DNA of 64,000 bases from Callorhinchus milii (lineage: Eukaryota): the NCBI RefSeq assembly GCF_018977255.1, contig NW_024704742.1, positions 80,354,001 through 80,418,000 on the forward strand, given 5' to 3'. The position numbers and the translations under genes are program-made. Positions 52,214-63,319 of the stretch are shown one piece after another (position 1 is the stretch's first letter; the number at the start of each line of letters is the position of its first letter). Under the pieces are notes generated by a model. The model had not been told where the DNA came from, made no database searches, and saw nothing but the letters and a program-made list of their open reading frames with translations.

Positions 52214-53694
52214 ATGCTAGAAAGTGTGACAACTGTTTCAAAGCCTCACCTCCACATATATGATAAATAAACATTAATATAGACATGGTGGAAATGGCTT
52301 TAGTGACATTAGCAGCTCCCTGGTTAGCACATGGTGAATTTGGTAGAATACAGCATCACTGTACTTGTTCCTGATCCCAGATTGGCTATTTAGAGGTGAT
52401 TTATAGCATTGCAGCTTTCAGACTTGGTATCAAATGTAGTATCTTCCTGTTTCAGTAGAGCTCAGTGTCACACTAAACAGTGAGTTGAATCAGTGAGCCA
52501 CTTGCAGAGTACTTCATTTATTCACCTGATAAAGAAAATGAAAAACCGATACGAGAATCAAAGTGATCTCTCACGCTCACACAGATCCAAAAGTTGCATC
52601 AAAGGTCCACTCCCCCTCCTCATGTGCTAAGGAATACACAAGATGATGTGTATTCCTTAGCACAGGTATGATTTTTCATTCACACATAGTAGCATACATA
52701 TTTTACTACTAACACTCCAATTATAATTGTTTGTTGACATTTGCAGAAAGGTTGCCAAAACAGACTCTGGTAGAACAGAAGTTATTTCTTGATGGAGTAT
52801 ACAATATGACAAAGCACCAGTGACCAGTTTCTGCTAAACATGTCAATTAGATAAACAGCTGGTGCACAGAAAGCAGTCACTTTCCCCATGACACTTACAA
52901 CATGGATCAGAAGCTGACAGATTAATGCTGTGTTGTATTGTGGAACTGGGTGAAGTATAATCTGTGCAGTCAATCTCAACCCTAGATGTTGAACTATATT
53001 AAATCATATCTCAATTAGATGGAATATGCCACATTCTCACAATCTCCCAGCCCTGCAATCCCTTGCATTAAGTCCTTAGGAATAGAACAGGGCCATTCAA
53101 AATAACAACACATGATTGCATTGATATAGTGCCTTTCATGTCAGGAGAACATCCCAAGGCACTTAAAATTCAGCCCATCAAGCCTGCTCTGCAAGAACAT
53201 GGCTGCTCTGACTTTCTGAGTCATATTCTCCGTCCCTAGCTGACTACCCTATGAATTCATAATCCTATCAATTATTTTTTTTAAAAATCGTCTCTTTCTC
53301 ATAGCAGAATGGGATTTGAGTATTGGTAGTTTGTGAAATGACCTGCTGGACCAGGTAATTAAATCATCTCTGAATAAATTAATATGTTTTGGAAATAAAA
53401 TCAGACTTGTTCTTCTTCTCATTACTGAACACTGGGAACAAGAAATGAAGGAATAAGTAAATAATCCTTACATTTGAAAGAGAGTCTTTCATGTCAAGAA
53501 GATGTCTCAAAGTGCTTAACAGGATATACTGTAAAGTATTGATTGTATTTTTTCAACAAACGAAACAGCCAATTTGCCCAACATGATATCCCACAAACAG
53601 CCATGAAATGAATGACCAATTTTATTTAGGGATTATTGGACAAGACACTTATGAGGAGCGATTGGAGGAATTTCCCCGGAACTGAGTAAGTTGT

Positions 53695-54018
53695 ATAATA
53701 ATATAATAATAATAATAATCGTTGCATTTGATATAGTGCTTTTCACGTCTTCCCGATGTCCCAAAGTGCTTCACAGAATAGACTGTAAAGTGAATTGACC
53801 GTATATTTGTGGGCGAAACGTGGCAGCCAATTGCACACAGCAGTATCCCACAAACAATCGTGGATTGAAAATGACCAATTTATTATTGTTTTTTTTGGAG
53901 GGATTATTATTAGGTGTGTGGAGTAAGGAAACTTGCCCAAGGTTTCGGCCTGCCTGGAATTGAACCCAGGTGTTTCGTTTGCAAGGCGATTACTCTAATC
54001 ACTGAGCTACAAGACTCC
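53695..54018 (-). mobile_element. tRNA-SINE short form, full length
   Basis: Reverse-complement head and (AAT)n tail. Confidence 0.9.
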
Positions 54019-54425
54019 ACAAAGTTGAGAGATCTGAGCTATATAATGATCAAAATGAAGACCATAGATTTAAAGGTTATAACCAAAAGAATAAGGGGAA
54101 AGGTTTGGAGAATTGTTTTTTACACAGAGGATTGTTAGGACATGGAATGCCCTTATAAGATCACGAGATTAGTTTGATTGAAGAAGGCACTTCAGCCCAT
54201 CTGATCTCATCCCTCGAGAATACTCACTCTACCATCTTCCTAGCACAGCATCGAGTTGTTTAGCATAGGTGTCCCTGCCTCGAACAGGTTTCTGGCAACC
54301 TGTTTCAGTTGTCAATAATCCACTGGGTAAAGAAAAACTTACAAGTATCTATCCTGAAATTGCCCTTTACAATTGTATACATATCTCCTCTTGTTCTACT
54401 CTCTTAGTGCATCCTAAAATATTGT

Positions 54426-54750
54426 GGAGTCCTGTAGCTCAGTGGTTAGAGCACTCGCTTTGCAAGCGAGAAAGACCTGAGTTCAATTCCAGGCAGGGCG
54501 AAACCTTGGGCAAGTTTCCTTACTCCACACGCCTAATAATGATCCCTCCAAAAAACCCAAAACAATAATAAATTGGTCATTTTCAATCCACGACTGTTTG
54601 TGGGACATTGCTGTGCGCAATTGGCTGCCGCGTTCGCCCACAAACATACAGTCAATTCACTTTACAGTGTGTTCTGTGAAGCGCTTTGGGACGTCTTCCC
54701 TACGTGAAAAGCGCTATATCAAATGCAAGGATTATTATTATTATTATTAT
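54426..54750 (+). mobile_element. Young tRNA-SINE short form, TSD tattgt, inside an old minus-strand CR1 3' fragment
   Basis: Complete SINE; tattgt at 54420-54425 and 54748-54753. Confidence 0.93.
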
Positions 54751-56159
54751 TGTTCCGTGTTTACGTTTTCAATCCTATTTTAAATTATAAAACCCCCTTT
54801 AAAACATCTTCTCTCAAGACTGATTTTTCTAACAGTCCATTTAACGTTGATTTCCTGTGCAGCATTTGAAATGATTTGATATTATAGGCACGGTATTCAA
54901 GTTTTATTATTATTTTTTAACTCAGGAGTTTGGCTGTCACAATCAAATGAATAACAATGTTTATGTGTGGGTGTTAGTTATGTACAATTCCCTGGAGAAA
55001 GCAGAAACTCTTAATTTACACAAAGGAAACAAGAAGTAGAAATAAGCACTAAATGGAAAGGACAGTGTGGCTACTCTAGTTAAGGGCGCATCTGAAATAA
55101 TATTAAAATCATGTTAAATTGTTTGCACCTTGGGACTCATCATTTATTCAGAATATTTTTCCTTACCCATATTCATGAAGACTTCACGGAAAAGACTATA
55201 ATTATAGTAAGCAGCAAAGTTGAGAAAGATCTATTTTGTGTTCACAACTCCTTCCATTTACAACCATACCTGGGTAAACAAGAATGTCTTGGTGGCTGTT
55301 GTAAAATTGTCCTTCATATCTCTTGTTCCACTTGGTGCAACCAAAGTAAAATCTCAAAATATGGTAGAGGCAGAATATATTATCTTTCAAGAGGGAATTA
55401 AATGACTCTGAAAAGGTGAAATGTAAAAAGAGTGTGGGGACAAGGCAGGAAAATGAGACTTAATGGACAGCACTTTCAGGGAACCAGCACAGTCAAAATC
55501 GACTGAATGGCCTTTTGTACTGTAAATTTCTATGGCTCTATTTGTTGTATCGTATATCCCTGTTTTTTGAGTTTGTTCTGTTCAATCTCAATGTTTATGT
55601 TTTCATATTAATGGGCAGCTATCAATTTTAAGGGAAAATGTTAGTGTTGTAGATTGTGTCAGGATGGATGGATATAAGATAGCCGCAAAGTAAGACAGCG
55701 TTGTCATTCATTATCAACTACTATTTGACAGCACACCAGCATTAGTAAGCTTCTGTAAAAGAATGAAAAGTCTCTCACCTGTATTTTGTGTCGGATGAAT
55801 CAAATTGTTCAAAGTTGCCTTTCAACAAGTATTATCCACAATGGGTTGCTCAAGTCTATCTAATAATAGGCTTGAAAATATGACATGAATTAATATGTGT
55901 CTATTTCCTCCCCCAACAAATGTCTCTCCACTTCTGAAGGTAATGGTTCCTCGTGAGTTACTTTCCCATGGTGCCCACATCACTCTGTTACCTCACCCTA
56001 GTGGCTGTTGTGTACCATTGACTCCCGACATGGATTGTTGGCAGGTTACTTGACTATGGGAGGAGGGAGGGTAATCACTATCATGCCCAATGCTATTCCC
56101 ACCAGACAGCTTCACACACATAATTTCCAGTTCTCACTCAATTCATTAGATCCCAGGTT

Positions 56160-58085
56160 TCATAGAATCATAGAAGCATAGAATCATAGAAACGTACAGC
56201 GCAAAAAGAGGCCATTCGGCCCTTCGAGTTTGTGCCGGCTCTTTGAATAGAGCAATTAATGTCAATCCCACTCCCCAGCCCTTTACCCATAACCCTGCAA
56301 ACCCGTCCTCCTCAAATACCCGTCCACCGTATTTTTAAAAGTTGTTATCGAATCGGCCTCGACCACCCTATCAGGCAATGCGTTCCAGATTCGAACAACT
56401 CGCTGCGTGAAAAAATTTCTTCTCACCTCCCCTCTGTTTCTTTTAGAGACTATTTTGAATCTGTGACCTCGAGTCACCGACACACCCACCAGTGGAAACA
56501 GTTTTTCCCTTTCTAACCTATCAAATCCCCTCATGATTTTGAAGACCTCTATTAGGTCTCCTGGTAACCTTCTCTGCTCCAGTGAGAATAATCCCACCTC
56601 TCTAGCCTTTCCTCATAATCAAGGTTCCTCATTCCTGGTACCATCCTCGTAAATCTCATCTGCCATGTCTCTGCCCATTTTACCATTCTGTCTATGTCTT
56701 CCTGCAGTTGGCTGCTATCCTTCTCACTGTTTACCACCCTATCTAACTTTGTGTCATCCGCAAACTTGAAAATGGTGCTTGCTATACCCAAGTCCAGATC
56801 ATTTATGTATATTAAGAGCAGTGGTCCTAATACCGATCCCTGGGGAACGCCACTGTACACTTCCCTCCAGTCAGAAAAGCAGCCATTCACCACAACTCTT
56901 TGCTTTCTGTCTCCCAGCCAGTTCTGGATCCACGCTGCCACTGTCCCTTTTATACCATGGTCTTCTATCTTTCTTACAAGTCTTTCATGTGGCACTTTGT
57001 CAAATGCCTTTTGAAAGTCCATATAAACTACATCAACTCCACTACCTTTATCCACCCTCTCCGTTACCTCATCGAAAAATTCTATTAGATTTGTTAGACA
57101 ACATTTGCCTTTAACAAATCCATGTTGGCTGCCCCTAATTAATCCATATTCTTCTAAGTGAAGATTTATTCTGTCCCGGATTATAGTCTCCAGGAGTTTC
57201 CCCACTACTGATGTTAGGCTGACTGGCCTCTAGTTCCCAGATTTATCCTTCTGTCCCTTTTTGTACAGGGGAGTCACATTGGCCACTCTCCAGTCCTCTG
57301 GCACCACTCCTGTGTCCAACGAAGATTGAAAAATTGTAGCCAAAGCCTCCGCTATTTGTACCCGTGCCTCCCATAGTAATCTTGTTTGCATCCGGACCGG
57401 GAGACTTATCTACCTTCAGAGCAGTCAACCTTTTCAGTACTTCCTCTCTGTTTATACTCATCCTATCCATTTCCTCTACCCTCTCCTCCGATACTGTGGC
57501 ATTTGGTGCATCCACTTCTTTTGTGAAGACAGATGCAAAGTACTCATTCAGCACATCAGCCATGCCCTCTGCCTCCACAATAAGATTTCCCCCTTGGTCC
57601 TTAATTGGCCCCACCCTACCTTTGACTAACTTTTTTTTCTTGTTATGCTTGTAAAATATTTTAGAATTCCCTTAAATGTTACCGCTAATCTTTTTCCGTA
57701 TAATCTTTTTACCCCTCTTGTTTCCTTTTTCAAACCTCTTCTGTACTTCCTATATTCTATTTGGTTGTCTTCTGTATCTTGGGTTTGACATTTGTCATAC
57801 GCTTCCTTTTTCTGCTTCATTCCAGATACAATTTCCTTCGTCATCCAGGGTGGTTTGGAAGCCCTACTTTTCCCTTTTGTGGGAATGTATTTATTCTTTC
57901 CCCAAGCTATCTCATCCTTGAAGACTTCCCAATGCTCTTTAGTTGTTTTACCTGCCAATCTTTCTTTCCTTGGCTAGGTCCCTTTTTAACTCACTGAAAT
58001 TTGCCCTCTTCCATTTGAATGTCTTCACCGTAGATGGTTCCTTGTCTCTTTCCATATGCACTCTGAATCTAATGATGTTATGATG
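56160..58085 (-). mobile_element. 5'-truncated CR1 LINE ORF2 (RT) with internal deletion
   Basis: [58 protein letters not shown]; (catagaat)n tail on +. Confidence 0.95.
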
Positions 58086-58829
58086 TTTGGATGAACCTAT
58101 TTGATTTCATTCTTCCAGAATGCCATACCATCTTCCCATCACAGTATCATGGTTTTTAAAACAATTTGTCCCATTGCCCAGGACTCGCCTGCCCTTCCTA
58201 GCAACCTGTATTGGTGTTAATTAACCAGAATAAACACTTCCTGGTGTCTGTCCTGAAATAGCATTTTGCAGGAACATTGGCTCATTTTCCCCTTCTCTAG
58301 CCCGTACCAACGTATACTTTTGTGTTTTGCCTTCAGCAATTTCTTATCTACTTTTGAATCTTTCATGATATTTTGTGTCTTTTTCTCTTCGCTGTGAACA
58401 GCGGTCCATTTCTTATAGCTACAGTACTAATAATTTGTTTGAATATATTACCCATTCGTTTCCAAATGGAGTTTGAATAAATCCAAATTTCTGTTCTTTT
58501 CTGTTTTTCACAAATGCCTTATCTCACAGCTACTTAAGTGCAGGGCACAGTTCTTGTTTCATTTTCTCTGTTCCCACTTATCTGCAAAGTCAATTCCCTC
58601 CTGCTCACACCGTTTTAATAACCACTCACTGAAGTCAATTATCCTGTTCATTCTCTCTATGGCCCCAGATGAGACTTCTATATTCCTGCTTTAGTGTCTC
58701 ACATCTACTGTTGCATCATTATCCCTGCATGTAAGGTCTCTGTGGATTCATTATCTCATTTGCCTTGGTTCTTTGTATTTTATCCTTGAGTCAAGAAAGC
58801 AATAGCCACCTGATTAATATGAATTGATG

Positions 58830-59140
58830 GGGGTGTGCTGCATTATTGGAGGTGTCGTCTTTCAGATGAAATGAGATGTTAAACCAAGATCTTGCCTGTA
58901 CCTTTCCGTCACTCTTCAAAAACAGAAGGGATATTTTCCAGGGGTCCTGGCTAACAGTCTCCCCAGACAGAAGTTGCTTTCTCACTTTATGTCTGTTTGT
59001 CAGACATAGCTGCGTGCAAATTGGCTGCCATATTTGCCTACAAAATACATTGTCACTAGACCACACAGTAAAATTTTGTGAAGCACTTTGAGATGTCATG
59101 GCGATGTGATAAGCCACCATATCAAATCAAGTATTATTAT
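58830..59140 (+). mobile_element. Old Deu-domain SINE
   Basis: ggaggtgtcgtctttcagatg..gagatgttaaacc, caaattggctgcc, aagcactttgagatgtc. Confidence 0.7.
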
Positions 59141-59584
59141 TAATATTATCAGCTTTGTAAAACACACCACCCATGCTCTGAGATGCAGTTTAAATCTAAA
59201 GTATTGAATAGGAATTATGTGCTGGAGATGGAAACCCTCCCTCCTCCAACACCATTCTCAATGCTGATGTTTGTGAAGGCAGCCAACATGTGCAACTTAC
59301 AGCTCGTCACTTCCATCAACTGGCAGTAAACAGCCACAAATTGCCACAGTCCAGTATTATATTACCATGCCTCTAAATAAACACCAGAGTCTTTAAGCTA
59401 AAATGACAATGTTTTACATTTGCTCACTAGCTACTTTGCTTTCCCTTCTCACCACTCTGAATCTCATATCTTTATTTCAACTTAAACTTTTCTGTAACGA
59501 AAAATGACTAGCCTACGAACTGTGTGGTTTCTCACTAAGTATTTAACGTTTTAAGGTTTTTTGACTTGTTTTTGCTAGTTTTCT

Positions 59585-59767
59585 TTGGTCAGCCGGGTGT
59601 CTGACACATGCGTAAACCCATCACCATGCTTAAGAGTATCCAAATCAAACCTTGAATTCCAGGCATCCCACCTGCACATAACAATTGTAGAGGTAGACTG
59701 TTGAAATGGAATGTGCACCCTCTCCATCGAGGGATGCCTCCTGCTTACCTAATTCCAGAAAGTATTA
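59585..59767 (+). repeat. Unclassified dispersed repeat (copy B)
   Basis: Matches the reverse complement of 46905-47086 (tgcttaagagtatccaaa, gagggatgc.tcctgctta.ctaattcc.gaaagtatta). Confidence 0.8.
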
Positions 59768-60054
59768 CACTTTTTCTTCTTTCTCCAGTTCCGTCCTTCG
59801 AGCTAGAAGGCGGAAACTAAACTATATCCTAACCAACGTTTTCTTTTGTATTCGCGGCCTTCTATTGTAAAGATCAACAGAATCCCATTTCCCACCGGGC
59901 CAAATCAATGTTTTCATATCAAACAGGGACCAGCTACAACTCAGAGCATTATCTCATTGCCTGGCCTAGCTGGAGAGATTCTCCCAAATAATTTAATAAT
60001 TATTAAAATTCACAAACAATTTAACATATTGCTCATTTTTGTGTGTCTTTTGAG

Positions 60055-60470
60055 TGATGACTAGCACGATGTTGAATTCCATGCTTTGTGGCATGATTCT
60101 CTAGCATGCATAAATCATAAGGGATACTCTTCTGTGAATTTCTTAGTTTTGTCTGCAGTGCCAGGCACACAACCATGCCTGTTCCTATCAATTTCCCCAG
60201 CTCATATTATAGCTAATGTTATTTGAGCCAGTCTGAGCTGTCAAAGGCCTGTGAACAAGACAACTCGATTAATGGATGACTCCTTAGAGACCTTCATTAT
60301 GGTCAAACGACATGGGTGATGACACTTCTATACATTCCACAGATCCTCTGCTGGGCACATGTATAATGAATTGCATCAGAAAAACAAAGAGCATCACTGA
60401 AGGAACACTTGGAATATTGAAACAAAAGTTATTTTCTTAGACTTATCAGCTGGTGCCCTGCAATGTGGGC
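60055..60470 (+). pseudogene. PIF/Harbinger DDE transposase fossil
   Basis: Collinear motifs INHKGYSSVN (cf. NRKGYHSIN), G*LLRD.HY...WVMT (cf. GWLLGDSGY...WLMTP), YNELH..TKSITEGTLGILKQK..LDLSAGALQ (cf. YNxAH..TR..IERTFG.LK.RFRCLD.SGGALQ), with stops and frameshifts. Confidence 0.8.
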
Positions 60471-60789
60471 TTCTGAATATAACACATTAGGGGCACCCAT
60501 AGTTGGATATGCTTGAAAACCACAAGTGGAATTTAGGGGTTGAAAATGTGATTTTGCCATTTGGATTTGCTAAATACCAATTGGGTTGTGAATTGTGAAT
60601 CCTAATAGTAACCAGAAGTATATTACACCAAATACATTACAATTTATATATTTATATGCTGGGCCACACTTCAATCTGATGGGATCTACATCCACAGTGG
60701 AATTCAACAACAACTACTTTATATTACGCTCTTTACGTGGGGAAGCATATCAGTGTGACGCACATCAGGTTGCTGTCAGGAGTTGCTAT

Positions 60790-61066
60790 TTAGAACCATA
60801 CAACACAGAAGAAAGCCATTCATTTGGCCAATTATGCTCTTTTAAAAGCAATTATTTGAGTCATGCCCTTTTCCCATACAGCCACAGTTTTGTAGATAAT
60901 TCTCTATTCCCTTTTGAAAGCAAATATGGATTCTGCCTCAACCACCACTCCCGGCATGGCATTCCATATCCTAACTCCTTGTATGTGAAAAGCATTTTCC
61001 TAATCTCATTTTCTCAGTTGATAACTAACTTAAATTAATGCACTCTTGTCACTGAATTACTGACCA
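60790..61066 (-). mobile_element. Old CR1 3' end
   Basis: agaaccata..aagccattcatttggcc, ctgcctcaaccacc, tgtgaaaagcattttcctaatctc. Confidence 0.65.
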
Positions 61067-61067
61067 A

Positions 61068-61200
61068 CCACAACAACAAGATTACATTTGTATAGTGCCT
61101 TTCATGTCGGGAGGACGTCCCAAGGCGCTGGACAGAGTACAGCATTTCAGACCCGAGCTGGGGTTGGGAGGGTAAAGGAGGGGAGGGGAAGGGCGGTGGC
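61068..61200 (-). mobile_element. Short L2 3' end
   Basis: (CAA)n tail on +, gcctttcatgtcgggaggacgtcccaaggcgctgg stem-loop. Confidence 0.88.
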
Positions 61201-62399
61201 CAATGGCCAAAATGTAATATCATTTAGCTGATACCTCCAGCAAACATTGCAATTTTCAATGCCAAGATGAGAGTAATTGCAACAGAACAGCATAACACAC
61301 AGCATCAATTTCAGAAGAGAGCTCTGACCATTCTCAAGTAGATTTTTTTTATCCACCATGGAATTCGAGCATCCACAGAGATTTCAAAATCAACCAAACC
61401 CACTCTTGAAGTTCAAAATGTTTGAAGTAACATCAAAAAACATATAAAGATAGCTTTACTCTGAAGACAATTTAAAAGTCTTTAACCATCCTTCATATCA
61501 TGATTTTGAACTGAGAACCATAAATACTGCTTCTGCTCTGCATTATTTTACTTGGTTTAAAACCACTTTCAGGAGCATAAGAATAAATTGTAGTCTTCTC
61601 TTCAGGAAAGATTTTTGGCTGTTCATATGTACTATTTGCTGAGCATTCACAAAATCATCTTGAATATTTGGTTTCTGAATTGAATCGATTTGTTCCAGCT
61701 ATAGTATGATTCCAGTCAATTGGAGAATTTTTCTATATAATGTCACCTCTCTGGGCAAAACAATGTATATTGCTACATTTGTATGGCAGCGACTGAATGT
61801 GACCTATGCATAATATTGCTTCTTTTTAATGGGCTTTATATACAGCAGTGGGTGTGACTTTTTAAAATCCCATTCAAGTGTAGAAATGCATATTGTGGAG
61901 GTATTTACTTTGAAAAATATTGCTTGGTTTGGAGGTTAGCCAGGCTCTAACTTCTGAATTGGAAGATTGTGGGTTCAATCCTAATATTGGGACTTCAAGC
62001 TCATAGTCTAAAGTGGCACTCCAGTTCAATGCTAAGAGAGATAAGGCATTAAACCAAAGTCCCATCTGCCTATTCTGGTGGATGTTAACAATCCCATGTC
62101 TCTACTCAAAAAGAGAATGGAATCACTATAAATTACAAAAAATCTTTTTAAGACATTTTGACCTGACAAGGCACAATATCAAAGAAAGGATTAATATAAC
62201 ATAATAATAATGTTTGTATTTGATTTATTGCCTTATCTCCTCACAAAGCGCTTCACGGGATTTTACTGTGAAATGTAATGTCTGTTTATTTGTAGGCGAA
62301 CTTGAAAGCTAATTTGTGCAGAGCAGTGTCCCACAAACAGCCTGAAGTCAATGACCAATTTTATTTGAGGGATTGTTGGCCATAATACTATGTCAAAAT

Positions 62400-62830
62400 A
62401 GTGTAAGGCAGCAATAAACAAGACAAATAGGATGCTCGACTATCCTAAATCCCCAGATATTGGGCGGTATAGTGCTTTAGTCAGGCAGCATTTAGAGTAC
62501 TGCATACATAGGCCCTACAGACAATACAGGGGAGAGCAAAAACGATGATCCTCAGTGCTAGAGGGATGAGTTGTGAAAAATGATTAGATAAGCTAGGACT
62601 CTTCAGTCTTGAGAAAAGATGACTCAGAGGGGACCTTATTGAATATATCAAATTTTAAATGGGATTGAAAAAGTAAACTCAGACCAATACTTTAGGATGC
62701 ATCAATAGAGTAGTAGTTAAGTTGAATGCTTGGCAGCTCAATGCTATGGTTGGATGATGGTTGGGTGGGTATTCTGGAGGGATGGGATCAGATAAGCTGA
62801 AACGTCTTCTTCATTTGATCAAATCTTACA
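62400..62830 (+). mobile_element. Old CR1 ORF2 C-terminal fragment
   Basis: ALVRQHLEYC, LDKLGLFSLEKR*LRGDLIE-like reading. Confidence 0.7.
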
Positions 62831-63188
62831 GTCTTGTTAGGGCACTGGGAGAAACTCCCTTCTCTTTTCATATTATGCCATGGGAGCTTTAACATCCACC
62901 TGAACAGGCAAACAACACCCATCCGATGGATGCCACCTTCAACAGTGCTTTACTCACCCAGCACTGCACTGGAGAGGTAGCTTGGACTATGTTCCAAGTC
63001 CCGGATTTTAATTATTGTCCCAATGTTAATTTGTGTTATTCTTTATTAAGGAATCCTGATGCTTTGACAGCAAATTATCCCCCAGTATTGAGTGTTATGC
63101 TAACAGTTCTGTTACATTTATTGGATCATACATCAATTTGATTAAGCCTAATTTACGCCCTCCTGTTTTCAACTCACAATGTATTGAA

Positions 63189-63319
<131 letters not shown>

